DNA from: Patescibacteria group bacterium
GTDB taxonomy: Bacteria > Patescibacteriota > JAHJAL01
Direction: 5' to 3'
Length of the DNA stretch: 64,000 nucleotides
Assembly (NCBI GenBank): GCA_049322675.1
Contig: JBMORM010000025.1
Location: forward strand, 64,520-128,519
The notes beneath the pieces are model-generated. The model searched no databases. It was not told the origin of the DNA and was given only the letters and a program-made list of their open reading frames with translations. The position numbers were made by a program, and so were the translations under genes. Below are positions 1-8,990 of this stretch, in pieces (position 1 is the first letter of the stretch; every line of letters begins with the position of its first letter).

Positions 1-1834
1 CTTTGTCTCCTTTGTTGAATAAAGTAACCGATCCGTCTTTTTTGAGTAGATAGATTGAGCCATCGATTGTAAATGATATGGCGTTACTAAGATCGATGTC
101 GTTGGGGTTGTTGAGGTAACCGGCGGCAGAAGAATAGTCGGTTCCACCAAGGGTGGAGTATTTGAATATTTGGTTTTCTTTGGGTGATAAAAGGTAGAGA
201 TTGTTGTAGTATGTTTGTAAATCAATGGCTGGTTTCCAGCTAGAATCAAGAGTGGAAAGGTCTTGAACGGTGTTTCCAGATGGATCGAATTTTTGAATTA
301 AGTCATTTTGGTAGAAGATCAAATTATTGGCTTCATTGATAGTACTGGAGGCGACCAGATTTTTTATGTCAAAGCCAGTGATGTTGGTGATTTTTCCTGT
401 TTTTAAACTAATACTGGCTAGATTATTGGAGAAGGAAAATAGGTTGTCGCCAATTTTTTGCAGTTGGGAATATTTATTGCTTCCAACTGTAGAAAGGTCG
501 GCTAGAGGTTTACTGACGTCAATACGAATTATATTGTCAACTTCGTCAATTTTTGAATATATTTTATTGTCGAGATTTTTTATTTCTTCGGAAAAGTAGG
601 GTGAAGTTTTGATTTGATTTAACGAGGTTTGACTTTGTGATAATAATTCTTTGGCTTTTCCTTTGTCTCCAATGATCAGAGAATTTTCTGCTTGACCGTA
701 GAAAGAGTTGGCTTCTTCAAGTGTCTTTTGAACCGCCAATTGTTTGTTTTTCAAGTTTTGATTGCCGCGAATATAAGTGATACTGACAACAAAGATTATT
801 ATCAAAAAAATAATTGCACCAAAAAATATGTATGCTTTATAGGGTGATTTGTTGTTTATTTTTTCCAAGATGTTGTTGGTGGATTTTTTAGTTTCAAGAC
901 GGGAGTTTGGTTTGGGAGTATTGTTGATTTTTTTGGGTATTGGTTTGGCTTTGCGAATGTTTTTGTTATTTTCCGGTTCGGCGATTTTTTTGCTAGGAAT
1001 AAGTGATTTGATGTTTTGAAAAAAAGATGATATTCCAGAAAAATATTTTTCGGATTGTTTGACCATCACGGAAAATTTTGTTCCTTCGTATTTTCGATCT
1101 TGAAGAATAATTTCTTCGGGTTGGGGTCGGATTACTTCTTTGGCTAGTCTTTCTTCGGTAGTTGCTTCGAAGATAATTGCGCCAATACTGCGTATGTTTT
1201 CTTGGGCTAGGATACGTGCTAGTTCGGCGGCGCAAGTGGTTGGACTATGTTGGACAGATAGACGGCGAATGCGGTCTAGAGATATGTTATTGAAAAGATG
1301 TTCGGTGGACATAACCACTCTGTCTCCCGTTATCATTTGTCCACTGGAAATATTGGCAAAAGTATTGAGCGGATGTTTAGTGTCATTTTTTTCTGATAGT
1401 CCTTCAGAAATGTGACTGATGATTTTGTTGCGTATCAAAAAAGCTTCGGCAGAGCCGATTTGGGTGATGTGAATATCGTGATCATTGATGACGGCGATGA
1501 GGCTATTTATATTGTCAATCCAACCCGTGTTGCCTTGTTCAGCAAGTTCGGCCATTTTTTCGTTGACGTGTCTTAATGCGACTTCAAACGATCCTAGGGT
1601 GTCATCCAAATTTTTATAAAAATATTTTACAGTTGTCTCAATAATACTATCGACTACTTTTTGGGAGTCTTTATTGGGATGGTTGATATCGATTACAAAA
1701 TAAAGATTGCCGTGATTTTTGTGAGTTGATTTTTGAGGTTTATAGTCAAAAACGTGTATTAATCTATCTTGTCCGGACAATTTGCTGAGTAACTTACCTA
1801 TGCGAACAGTTTTATGTTCGGAAGTATTGTTCAT
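1..1834 (-). CDS. Large bitopic membrane protein, partial: the start codon is near 1834 and the C-terminal extracellular part runs off the window. The cytoplasmic N-terminal domain has weak PP2C/SpoIIE-like motifs.
   Basis: An uninterrupted minus-strand reading frame runs from the ATG at about 1832-1834 to position 1. It is absent from the ORF track because it is open-ended. The N-terminal translation reads MNNTSEHKTVRIGKLLSKLSG...IAVINDHDIHITQIGSAEAFLIR. One TM helix (YIFFGAIIFLIIIFVVSITY) lies at about 790-850. It is followed by a Ser/Asn/Thr-rich extracellular region. Confidence 0.55.
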   Translation of the reverse strand, partial: MNNTSEHKTVRIGKLLSKLSGQDRLIHVFDYKPQKSTHKNHGNLYFVIDINHPNKDSQKVVDSIIETTVKYFYKNLDDTLGSFEVALRHVNEKMAELAEQGNTGWIDNINSLIAVINDHDIHITQIGSAEAFLIRNKIISHISEGLSEKNDTKHPLNTFANISSGQMITGDRVVMSTEHLFNNISLDRIRRLSVQHSPTTCAAELARILAQENIRSIGAIIFEATTEERLAKEVIRPQPEEIILQDRKYEGTKFSVMVKQSEKYFSGISSFFQNIKSLIPSKKIAEPENNKNIRKAKPIPKKINNTPKPNSRLETKKSTNNILEKINNKSPYKAYIFFGAIIFLIIIFVVSITYIRGNQNLKNKQLAVQKTLEEANSFYGQAENSLIIGDKGKAKELLSQSQTSLNQIKTSPYFSEEIKNLDNKIYSKIDEVDNIIRIDVSKPLADLSTVGSNKYSQLQKIGDNLFSFSNNLASISLKTGKITNITGFDIKNLVASSTINEANNLIFYQNDLIQKFDPSGNTVQDLSTLDSSWKPAIDLQTYYNNLYLLSPKENQIFKYSTLGGTDYSSAAGYLNNPNDIDLSNAISFTIDGSIYLLKKDGSVTLFNKGDK

Positions 1835-1949
1835 ATTATTTTTTCCCTCTTTGGATAAATTGTCTCAAGGATATTATACATAATCGATATGGAAAAAAAA
1901 TCGGAAAACTGATAAATATTTTTACAGTAATGTTAATGTTTTTATATGA

Positions 1950-2813
1950 TTATTTTTGGCAAAATGGACAGAAATGCGTTCCCCGACCGGCAAATTTTAT
2001 TTTTGTGATTGGGAATTTTCGGCAGGATGGGCATAATTTTTTTTCCTGGCCGTAAACTTTGAGTAAATTTTTGTAATTTCCGATATTTCCATTTCCGTCG
2101 CGGTAATTGTTGGTGGTGGTGCCTCGGTGTTTTATGGCTTTTTTAATTATTTTTTGAGTTGAGTGATATAAATTTTTGATATTTTGGGAGGATAATTTTT
2201 GGGTGGACGTTTTAGGATTGATTTTGGCGTCAAAACATATTTCGTCAGCGTAGATATTTCCTATACCGGCAATGAGTCGTTGATTCAACAGTATGCTTTT
2301 AAGATTGGTTTTTTTGTTGGCGAATATTTTTTTGAATGCGTGGTAAGTAAAATTTTTTGTCAGAGGTTCGATTCCGTATTTTTCTAGTATTAGTTTTAAT
2401 TGATTCTTGTTAACTAGTTGGAGATAACCAAATTGTCTTAGGTCATTGAAAAAAAGGTGATTGTGGTTGGAAAAAATAATTGTGACGTGAGTGTGTCGGT
2501 TGGGTACTGGTTCTGGTTTTTTTGACGTGGAATGTCCGCCAGCGATAATACTTGTGTTTGTTGTGTATATCAATTGTCCGGTCATCTTTAAATGAATCAA
2601 AAGAAATAGATCATTTAGTTTGAGATGAAAAATGAGCAGTTTGCCTCGACGTTGAATATCGGTAAAACAATTTTTGGTCAAATTTTTTATAAAATCTGAG
2701 AGTGGGGTATGAATTATTTTTTTATTACTGACTATAACTTTGGTTATAGTTTTATTGAGAATTTTCTTTTTAAGATCTTGTCTGATTGTTTCTACTTCTG
2801 GTAGTTCGGGCAT
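1950..2813 (-). CDS. mutM: Formamidopyrimidine-DNA glycosylase (Fpg/MutM)
   Basis: The N-terminus is MPELPEVETIR, the catalytic Pro2/Glu3 motif. The C-terminal zinc finger is CPSCRKF...CPFCQK. The length is 287 aa. Confidence 0.9.
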   Translation of the reverse strand: MPELPEVETIRQDLKKKILNKTITKVIVSNKKIIHTPLSDFIKNLTKNCFTDIQRRGKLLIFHLKLNDLFLLIHLKMTGQLIYTTNTSIIAGGHSTSKKPEPVPNRHTHVTIIFSNHNHLFFNDLRQFGYLQLVNKNQLKLILEKYGIEPLTKNFTYHAFKKIFANKKTNLKSILLNQRLIAGIGNIYADEICFDAKINPKTSTQKLSSQNIKNLYHSTQKIIKKAIKHRGTTTNNYRDGNGNIGNYKNLLKVYGQEKKLCPSCRKFPITKIKFAGRGTHFCPFCQK

Positions 2814-2911
2814 ACTATATTAATTTAATTTCTAATTTTCAATTTTCATTAAATTTTCAATGTCTCAATGAACCAATGTTTTAAGTAATTCAAAAATTAT
2901 GTCATTGAAAA

Positions 2912-3829
2912 TTATGTATTTGCTATTTTCCAAAGTTCTTCGAGATGATCCAATAACAATTCGTGGGCGAGTTGTCTTTGAGATAGTAGTTGGTTTTGAG
3001 CTGATGTTTCTACGACGATTACGCTTTTGGCGGATGGGCCAGAGGTAGTTTGTTTGTTGATAAATATTGTGGTGGCGGCTAGTAGTTCATCAATCGATCC
3101 GTCCGGATTTTTTCCGATAACTCCATTGTCGATGATTTGATCAAAACGAGTTTTTCCAGATAGATGTAGAGGATAGTGAGAAAGAGTTAGGATTTTTACT
3201 ATTTCTCTGGCAACGGGATCATGATCGCTTTTTTCTCCTTGAGAATAGATGTAGCCCTGGTCCAACATGTTATCTTCGTGTAAATCTAGACTGAGAATTG
3301 GTGGAAAATAATTGGATATTTTTAAGATATGTTTGGTCAAGGCCTCGGATTGCCAACAAGATGGTTGTTTTTCTCTAGGATAATCAGGCTGATTTTGATT
3401 ATTGGGGAGTAAATATTCACTATCGCCTACACTTTGACCAATAGTATCTTTGGAAAATTTGGCTTGATTGGGATATCTCCAGCCGAGGTAATATCCTTTT
3501 GGATTGCAAAGAGGCATAACAACAATGGGAATTTTTGCGGATAGTGACCCAATTTGTCTTATTTTATTGGCAATGGCATTGGGCCCGGCCGGTTCTTCTC
3601 CGTGGATACCAGCAATTAACCATAGAGCTGGTCCGGGTATTTTTGAGGTAAAACAAAGAGACGGCAAAGTAATATCTTTTCCGTTGGAATTTTTGAATCT
3701 TTCTTTGAAGATAATTTTTTCTTCAAAATCAAAATCTTTTTGTAGAGTTTGGTAAGTTTTTAGAAGAGTTACTGACGGCAGTCGATTATCATGGAGAAAT
3801 TCAGAAGATTTATTGTTTTTGTTGGGCAT
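2912..3829 (-). CDS. Zinc hydrolase of the M14-like / succinylglutamate desuccinylase-aspartoacylase (AstE/AspA) family
   Basis: The protein carries a GIHGEEPAG motif (an H-x-x-E zinc ligand). It also has a downstream DLHED motif. The length is 305 aa. Confidence 0.55.
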   Translation of the reverse strand: MPNKNNKSSEFLHDNRLPSVTLLKTYQTLQKDFDFEEKIIFKERFKNSNGKDITLPSLCFTSKIPGPALWLIAGIHGEEPAGPNAIANKIRQIGSLSAKIPIVVMPLCNPKGYYLGWRYPNQAKFSKDTIGQSVGDSEYLLPNNQNQPDYPREKQPSCWQSEALTKHILKISNYFPPILSLDLHEDNMLDQGYIYSQGEKSDHDPVAREIVKILTLSHYPLHLSGKTRFDQIIDNGVIGKNPDGSIDELLAATTIFINKQTTSGPSAKSVIVVETSAQNQLLSQRQLAHELLLDHLEELWKIANT

Positions 3830-3852
3830 AAATATACAATTTTTGGGAAAAA

Positions 3853-3923
3853 TCGGGCTGCAGGGAATTGAACCCTGTCTACATCCACCCCATGGACGCG
3901 TACTACCGTCATACTCCAGCCCG
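3853..3923 (-). tRNA. tRNA-Pro, anticodon GGG
   Basis: The sense strand is the reverse complement of 3853-3923: CGGGCUGGAGUAUGACGGUAGUACGCGUCCAUGGGGUGGAUGUAGACAGGGUUCAAUUCCCUGCAGCCCGA. The acceptor stem is 7 bp (CGGGCUG/CAGCCCG). The D-loop contains GG. The anticodon stem is CGUCC/GGAUG and the loop is AUGGGGU, giving anticodon GGG. The T-arm is CAGGG-UUCAAUU-CCCUG. CCA is not encoded. Confidence 0.75.
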
Positions 3924-4010
3924 TCGTCGGAGTCGTTCTTATCGTTTCGTGAGAGCCGGAATACCGTCTCTCACTGCACTACTAGAACGCCTCCTCCTCT
4001 ACAAAAAAAT
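3924..4010. repeat. Conserved palindromic element, copy 1: TCGTCGGAGTCGTTCTTATCGTTTC...AGAACGCCTCCTCCTCT enclosing an internal hairpin
   Basis: A 25-nt arm and a 17-nt arm are identical to those at 7868-7968. The arms are mutually complementary (GGAGTCGTTCT against AGAACGCCTCC). The interior folds as GUGAGAG...CUCUCAC. The element sits directly at the 5' side of tRNA-Pro. Confidence 0.6.
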
Positions 4011-4275
4011 TTCTACGACAATTTTTTTGTTGTAAGATTCATTTTATTAATGTTTTTAAATTGAATCATTTATTCATTGGAAATTTAATGAAAATTGAAA
4101 ATTGGAAATTAAATAAAGTATTTCCCGCTGTACCGTATGCTAGACATTGAGCCTTTGTAAGGCCAAGTGAGTGTCCGCAGGTTTAGATTACGAAGAATCT
4201 AAACAAATATAGGACTCTCAATAAAAAAAGTGTCAGATTCAATGTTGTTAACATTCGAATACAGCAGGAATTTTT

Positions 4276-4923
4276 TTAGGTCAAAAGTGTAAGCGGTAAG
4301 CCGCGCAAAATATAGGCAAATATCATATTAACTGTAATAAATATCCAGGACAAAATTGGAATTTGTCGGTGTAGTAATAATATTATCAATAAAATTATCG
4401 GGCCGGAAGTGATAAATAATTTCATGGTTGACGGTTTTTTTATAAAATACATGATCAATTTTGAACCGTCGAGGGGATAGATAGGGAGTAGATTGAAGGT
4501 AAATAGTAATAAGTTGAGATAATATACGGTTTCTGTAAACTGCAATGCAGCTATCTTTTCAATATTGTAGCCAAGAGCAAGTGCTATAGTGGTGGGAAGG
4601 GAGGTGATTGCTGCCATGATTAGGTTAGCGATTGGTCCGGCAAATGAGGTGATTACATAATCTCGGGAGGGATTTTTGTAGTTGTTGGGGTTTGTCATGA
4701 CTGGTTTTCCCCAGCCAAATCCGGCTAATAGGAGGAAGATAGTTCCAAATGGGTCCAGATGTTTGATAGGATTAATGGTAATGCGGCCTTGAATTTTGGG
4801 AGTTGGATCGCCAAGATAATAGGCTGTCCAGGCATGAGCGTATTCGTGTATGCTTATTGCCATTATCAGAGCAATGATGGCAAAAATTGTTTGAATGGGG
4901 TCGGAAATGATGTTTTGTATCAT
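4276..4923 (-). CDS. Site-2 protease family (M50) zinc metalloprotease
   Basis: The protein has a HEYAHA (HExxH) motif inside a TM helix. It also has the LDG motif (PLDGSKL). It is polytopic. The ORF track extends to 5034; the ATG at 4923 (MIQNIISD...) is more plausible. That start avoids overlap with the divergent rpmB start. Confidence 0.75.
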   Translation of the reverse strand: MIQNIISDPIQTIFAIIALIMAISIHEYAHAWTAYYLGDPTPKIQGRITINPIKHLDPFGTIFLLLAGFGWGKPVMTNPNNYKNPSRDYVITSFAGPIANLIMAAITSLPTTIALALGYNIEKIAALQFTETVYYLNLLLFTFNLLPIYPLDGSKLIMYFIKKPSTMKLFITSGPIILLIILLLHRQIPILSWIFITVNMIFAYILRGLPLTLLT

Positions 4924-5027
4924 ATTATCTGATATTATGAATGGGAAAAGGTTTGTGTTATAATTGTTTAAGCTTTCAGATAAAATTATATCATTATTTT
5001 CTTTTATAAAAAAATGAGGTAAAAAAT

Positions 5028-5213
5028 ATGGCAAAAGTATGTCATTTCTGTCAAAAAAGGTTTTTGGCTGGTAACAATGTTAGTCATTCAAATAGAAAGA
5101 CGAGACGTCGCTTTAATCCAAATTTGCAATTGAAAAAAATTTCTCAAAACAATTCGAATGTGAGAGTATATGTTTGTGCCAAATGTATAAAGTCGCAGCT
5201 CAAGGTTGCATAA
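5028..5213 (+). CDS. rpmB: 50S ribosomal protein L28
   Basis: The protein begins [30 protein letters not shown], the L28 signature. The length is 61 aa. Confidence 0.9.
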   Translation: MAKVCHFCQKRFLAGNNVSHSNRKTRRRFNPNLQLKKISQNNSNVRVYVCAKCIKSQLKVA

Positions 5214-6171
5214 TATGAAAGAGATAAGGTGGGACAATATTTTTGGGCATGAAGTGCAAAAAAGACAACTGAAAGAATTTTTTTCGGTTGGTATGCCTCA
5301 TTGTCTTTTGTTTGTCGGTCAGGATGGAATAGGTAAAAAAATGATTGCGGAAAGATTGGCTAGGGCGGCTTGGTGTCAGTCAGACAAGGCTCCGTGCGGA
5401 GAATGCGATGGATGCAAGGATTTCTCCAAACGGGGAATGTTTTTGGTGGCGGCTGATTCGGTAAAAATGTTTAATATCGATGAAGTCAGGTTCTTAAAAG
5501 AAAAATTGGAAAAAACTGATTTTTCGGGAAATTTGCGATTGGTGATTGTAGATAATGTTCATTTATTGAGCAAGATTGTCGCAAATGCGTTGTTGAAGAT
5601 TTTGGAGGAACCGGCAAAAAATATTACATTTGTATTGATTGCTTCTAACGCGTATAGTGTTTTGCCAACGATAAAATCCAGATCTTTGATGATGAGATTT
5701 GATAAGTTAAGCAAAGCGGATATAGATAAAATGATTATTGCTTGGGGTGAGACTGATTTAGATAAAAATTGGTCGATGTTGGTTTCTGGTCAACCTGGTT
5801 TGATAAAAAAAATATTTTTTGGTAATACGCAGGAAATAACGGATAAAATGATTTCATTTTGGAAAATGTTGATGGCTGATTACTGGGTAAAAAGTGAGAT
5901 TACCAAGAAAGTTTCGTCATTGGAAAAAGAAAAAATAATGGGGGTGATTTTTTTCTGGGAGATTTGTTTGCGTAGTTATTTGTTGTGGAAACAAGGGATG
6001 GAAAAATTTTGTTGGTGGCATGAGAAAGAGGTATTGGAATGGTATAATAATTGTAATTTGACTTGCGATCAGGTAGTGAGATTGTTGGATCAGTTGGGTG
6101 ATCTAAGAAATATGATTGTAAATAATTACAATAAAAAGATACAAATATTCAATTTTTTATTAGAATCATGA
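5206..6171 (+). CDS. holB: DNA polymerase III delta-prime subunit (clamp-loader AAA+ protein)
   Basis: The protein contains GHEVQKRQL...[12 protein letters not shown] (a Walker A-like box). It also contains the CGECDGC zinc module. It lies upstream of a PSP1/YaaT homologue, as in Firmicutes. The true start may be the M at 5215. Confidence 0.8.
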   Translation: MHNMKEIRWDNIFGHEVQKRQLKEFFSVGMPHCLLFVGQDGIGKKMIAERLARAAWCQSDKAPCGECDGCKDFSKRGMFLVAADSVKMFNIDEVRFLKEKLEKTDFSGNLRLVIVDNVHLLSKIVANALLKILEEPAKNITFVLIASNAYSVLPTIKSRSLMMRFDKLSKADIDKMIIAWGETDLDKNWSMLVSGQPGLIKKIFFGNTQEITDKMISFWKMLMADYWVKSEITKKVSSLEKEKIMGVIFFWEICLRSYLLWKQGMEKFCWWHEKEVLEWYNNCNLTCDQVVRLLDQLGDLRNMIVNNYNKKIQIFNFLLES

Positions 6172-6172
6172 T

Positions 6173-7012
6173 ATGAACGACCAAGATGAAAAAAAACTAG
6201 TAGTTGGTTTGCGTTTTATTTCTGGTTTAAAAATATACCATTACGACCCTAATGGTGGGGATTGGCAGAGGGGTGATTATGTTGTGGTCGAAAATCAGCA
6301 GGGAGAGGAATTGGCCAAAGTTGTATATCCAAAAAAGGAAATTAGTAAGAGCCAATTGGAAGACACTGAATTATTGAAAGTAATTCGTTTGGCTACTGAG
6401 GACGACAAAAAAAATACAATTTTGTTTTTCAAAGAGAAAAAACAATATTTAGAAGAAGCTAGAAATTTGGCGAAGAGTTTAAAATTGTTGATCAAATTTA
6501 TTGATGTTAGCAAGTCGTTGGAAGAATCTGGCAGATTGTTGTTTTTGTTTGCAGCCGATGGACGAGTTGATTTTCGTGATTTATTGACTCGAATGTCAAA
6601 AAAGTTTAATTGTCCGATTCGTTTGTATCAAATTGGACCGCGAGATACAGCTCGAATGATCGGAGGGGTGGGGGTGTGTGGTCAGCAATTGTGTTGCCAT
6701 AGATTTTTAACTAAATTTGAAAGTATTACCATGGATATGGCGAGAGAGCAGGATATGTTGAGTGTAGGAAGCAATAAAATATCTGGTGTATGTGGAAAAC
6801 TTTTGTGTTGTTTGGAATATGAGTTGGAGATATACAAGAAATTGAAAAAAGGAATGCCTCCTTTGTATAGAAATGTGATGACGAATGACAAACAGACCGG
6901 AAAAATTATAGAAAGAAACGTATTGATGCGTACTGTGACGTTGGAGATGGAAAATGGGTCAAAAAAAACATATGCGGTGGAAGATGTAAAATTGATTGAT
7001 GACGTTAAATAA
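6173..7012 (+). CDS. PSP1 C-terminal domain protein (YaaT/RicT-like)
   Basis: The conserved Cys cluster is GVCGQQLCCHRF...GVCGKLLCCLEYE. It sits immediately downstream of holB, as B. subtilis yaaT/ricT does. Confidence 0.8.
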   Translation: MNDQDEKKLVVGLRFISGLKIYHYDPNGGDWQRGDYVVVENQQGEELAKVVYPKKEISKSQLEDTELLKVIRLATEDDKKNTILFFKEKKQYLEEARNLAKSLKLLIKFIDVSKSLEESGRLLFLFAADGRVDFRDLLTRMSKKFNCPIRLYQIGPRDTARMIGGVGVCGQQLCCHRFLTKFESITMDMAREQDMLSVGSNKISGVCGKLLCCLEYELEIYKKLKKGMPPLYRNVMTNDKQTGKIIERNVLMRTVTLEMENGSKKTYAVEDVKLIDDVK

Positions 7013-7056
7013 TTTATTATTGTTTTGAGTGTATAGTTTAAATAATATAAGATGGT

Positions 7057-7683
7057 ATGTACGAGTTGATTGTAATTTTGGTAGTTGCGGTAATTTTGAT
7101 ATATATCATATGGAAGTTTAGTCGGCCGAAATCGGTTGATTATGGTATAGAGGTAGTGGCTGCCAAGGATGCGAAAAAAAATTTGAATTTTGATACGACT
7201 TTGGAAGAAAATTATGAAGAAAGTCAGACAAGTGATCAGACAGGTCCCGTCTCTCGTAAGGCAATTGATAAGTTGACTGGGGAGATGGAACAGGAATGTA
7301 TTGAGAGAATATACAAAAATCCGAAAGATATTAATGCTTATATAAAATTGTCTGTTTATTATATTCAAAGAAAAAAATGGATAGATGCAAAAGAAGTGTT
7401 ATTGGAGGCAGTCAAGATAGAACCTGATAACGATAAGGTGCAAAATAATTTGGGAGTGATATTTTTTCATCAAAAAACTTATAACAATGCTATTCGATCT
7501 TTTGAAAAGGCTATTGCCAAGAACGATAAAGTAGCTCACAGATTTGTGAATATTGCTTTGGCATATTCCGCCATAGGAGAAAATGTACGAGCGGCTGAAT
7601 ATTTTTCCAAGGCGATTACTCTGGATCCGGAGCAGAAGCAATATCAGGAGTTGTTGTCAGAAGTAAAGAGTCTTTTGGTATAG
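7057..7683 (+). CDS. Membrane-anchored tetratricopeptide-repeat protein
   Basis: The N-terminal TM helix is LIVILVVAVILIYIIW. TPR-like repeats follow (AYIKLSVYYIQRKKWIDAKEVLLEAVKIEPDN..., NNLGVIFFHQKTYNNAIRSFEKAI). Confidence 0.6.
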   Translation: MYELIVILVVAVILIYIIWKFSRPKSVDYGIEVVAAKDAKKNLNFDTTLEENYEESQTSDQTGPVSRKAIDKLTGEMEQECIERIYKNPKDINAYIKLSVYYIQRKKWIDAKEVLLEAVKIEPDNDKVQNNLGVIFFHQKTYNNAIRSFEKAIAKNDKVAHRFVNIALAYSAIGENVRAAEYFSKAITLDPEQKQYQELLSEVKSLLV

Positions 7684-7687
7684 GAGA

Positions 7688-7780
7688 GAATTTTAAATTT
7701 CCAATTTTCAATTTTCAAATATGTTTTGAATTTGATATTCGGATATTTTTGGAAATTGAGAATTGGAAATTGAAAATTAT
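7688..7780. repeat. Heptamer-based palindromic intergenic element (GGAAATT/GAAAATT family)
   Basis: The sequence is ...ttccaattttcaattttcaaatatgttttgaatttgatattcggatatttttggaaattgagaattggaaattgaaaatt. It has a left arm, a conserved core and an inverted right arm. Confidence 0.8.
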
Positions 7781-7793
7781 ATTTTGTATGTTT

Positions 7794-7866
7794 GCCGGGA
7801 TAGCTCAGTTGGTAGAGCAACAGTTTTGTAAACTGTGGGTCGCGGGTTCGAATCCTGTTCCCGGCT
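7794..7866 (+). tRNA. tRNA-Thr, anticodon UGU
   Basis: The sequence is GCCGGGAUAGCUCAGUUGGUAGAGCAACAGUUUUGUAAACUGUGGGUCGCGGGUUCGAAUCCUGUUCCCGGCU. The acceptor stem is 7 bp. The D-arm is GCUC/GAGC. The anticodon loop is UUUGUAA. The T-loop is UUCGAAU. Confidence 0.85.
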
Positions 7867-7867
7867 T

Positions 7868-7968
7868 TTCGTCGGAGTCGTTCTTATCGTTTCACCAGAG
7901 CTAAGAATACCTTTTTGGACGGGTAGGTTATGACCTACCCCTACGACCAGAACGCCTCCTCCTCTTTC
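7868..7968. repeat. Conserved palindromic element, copy 2 (same arms as 3924-4010, different interior hairpin GGGUAGGU-UAUG-ACCUACCC)
   Basis: The 25-nt and 17-nt arms are identical to those of copy 1. The element lies immediately 3' of tRNA-Thr(UGU). Confidence 0.6.
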
Positions 7969-8129
7969 CAAAAATTTTCATTTCCTGATTGATCCTCGTT
8001 ACACTCCGGTCAATCGGAGCATTCGCAATTTTTGGAAGTAAGTGGGAAATGGGAAAAAATACTGGATTTTCGGGTACTGGAAATGTTATTTTGGAAATTG
8101 GACATTGAAAATTGGAAATTTAAAAATAA

Positions 8130-8213
8130 GGGTAGGTAGCGAAGTGGTTAAACGCGACAGACTGTAAATCTGTTGGCTTTATGCCTTCGGTGGTTCGAAT
8201 CCACCCCTGCCCA
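8130..8213 (+). tRNA. tRNA-Tyr, anticodon GUA (type II, long variable arm)
   Basis: The acceptor stem is GGGUAGG/CCUGCCC. The anticodon stem is ACAGA/UCUGU with loop CUGUAAA. The long variable arm is UGGCUUUAUGCCUUCGG. The T-arm is GGUGG-UUCGAAU-CCACC. Confidence 0.8.
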
Positions 8214-8217
8214 CTTC

Positions 8218-8322
8218 AAAAAAATTTTCAATTTTCAATTTTTAATTTCCAAACATATTTTGTATGCGATATTCGGATATTTATTGAAAAACGAGAATTG
8301 GAAATTGTATTTTTGTTTGCGC
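8218..8322. repeat. Heptamer-based palindromic intergenic element
   Basis: The core is ccaaacatattttgtatgcgatattcggata. It is flanked by ttttcaattttcaat on one side and gagaattggaaattg on the other. It lies between tRNA-Tyr and tRNA-Thr. Confidence 0.8.
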
Positions 8323-8395
8323 GCCTGGATAGCTCAGCTGGTAGAGCACTTCCATGGTAAGGAAGAGGTCACCGGTTCGATCCCGGTTCCAGGCT
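8323..8395 (+). tRNA. tRNA-Thr, anticodon GGU
   Basis: The sequence is GCCUGGAUAGCUCAGCUGGUAGAGCACUUCCAUGGUAAGGAAGAGGUCACCGGUUCGAUCCCGGUUCCAGGCU. It folds as a canonical cloverleaf. Confidence 0.85.
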
Positions 8396-8464
8396 TTTAG
8401 AATAGTTGGTTGATTGTAAATTAATAAAATTAATCATAGTTCGTGCGATGGTTTGTGATTTTTT

Positions 8465-8615
8465 GGTTATTTAATTTCCAATTTTCAATTTCCAATTTCC
8501 AAAAAATATTCAATGACCAATTTTCAATAAAGTATTTTTGTTTGGAAATTGAAAATTGGAAATTTTATGGAAATTGGAAACTGGAAATTGAAAATTAATT
8601 ATTAATAAAATTATA
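8465..8615. repeat. Heptamer-based palindromic intergenic element (ccaatgaccaa variant)
   Basis: The sequence is tttccaattttcaatttccaatttccaaaaaatattcaatgaccaattttc...ggaaattgaaaattggaaattttatggaaattggaaactggaaattgaaaatt. Confidence 0.8.
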
Positions 8616-8788
8616 TGGCCAAGGAAAATCGCGAAGTTATAAATATGGAATGTACAGTGTGTGGACGATTGAATTATCAAACCACCAAAAGAATGAAACC
8701 AAAATCCGGTGAGCAGATTACCAGGTTGGAGCTGATAAAGTTCTGTCGACATTGTAAAAAAAGAACACCACATAAGGAAACAAAATAA
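8615..8788 (+). CDS. rpmG: 50S ribosomal protein L33 (C4 zinc-ribbon type)
   Basis: The translation is MAKENREVINMECTVCGRLNYQTTKRMKPKSGEQITRLELIKFCRHCKKRTPHKETK, 57 aa. It is below the 60-aa cutoff of the ORF track. It carries the CxxC...CxxC L33 fold. It lies between the tRNA-Thr and tRNA-Trp genes. Confidence 0.85.
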   Translation: MAKENREVINMECTVCGRLNYQTTKRMKPKSGEQITRLELIKFCRHCKKRTPHKETK

Positions 8789-8789
8789 A

Positions 8790-8917
8790 TTTTCAATTTC
8801 CAATTTTAAATTTACAAACGATATTATGTTGGGATATTGGGATAAGATTTTTTGTGTCCGTACAAAAAATAGATTTCATTGAAAATTGGAAATTGATCAT
8901 TGGAAATTTTTTTGAAT
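8790..8917. repeat. Heptamer-based palindromic intergenic element
   Basis: The sequence is attttcaatttccaattttaaatttacaaacgatattatgttgggatatt...ttgaaaattggaaattgatcattggaaattt. Confidence 0.75.
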
Positions 8918-8919
8918 GC

Positions 8920-8990
8920 GGGGATATAGTTCAATGGTAGAATCCCGGTCTCCAAAACCGGTGATCTCAGTTCGAATCTGAGTGTCCCCG
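8920..8990 (+). tRNA. tRNA-Trp, anticodon CCA
   Basis: The sequence is GGGGAUAUAGUUCAAUGGUAGAAUCCCGGUCUCCAAAACCGGUGAUCUCAGUUCGAAUCUGAGUGUCCCCG. The anticodon loop is CUCCAAA. It is similar to E. coli tRNA-Trp. Confidence 0.85.

Noticed and set aside
327-1415. Short ORFs 327-599(+), 993-1235(-) and 1140-1415(+)
   Set aside because: They lie inside the long uninterrupted minus-strand frame (1-1834) that encodes a coherent membrane protein. They are alternative-frame artefacts.
3840-4030. Possible tmRNA (ssrA) on the minus strand: a GGAUGUAG box and a T-arm GGGUUCAAUUCCC resemble the 3' tRNA-like domain of tmRNA
   Set aside because: The 71 nt fold into a complete canonical cloverleaf with a 7-bp acceptor stem, D-arm, anticodon loop AUGGGGU and T-arm, so this is tRNA-Pro(GGG). 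No tag-peptide reading frame ending in a stop, no pseudoknot region and no 5' GGGG acceptor half are found within the 450-bp gap.
5206-5215. Alternative holB start at 5215 (MKEIRW...) versus 5206 (MHNMKEIRW...)
   Set aside because: Neither is clearly preferable from sequence alone. The first in-frame ATG was kept as in the ORF track. The 8-nt overlap with the rpmB stop codon is compatible with either.
7777-8803. ORF-track ORFs 7777-7971(-), 8173-8400(+) and 8510-8803(-)
   Set aside because: They read straight through tRNA-Thr, tRNA-Tyr, tRNA-Thr, the heptamer repeats or the rpmG antisense strand. They are artefacts of the AT-rich repeats, which have a low stop-codon content.
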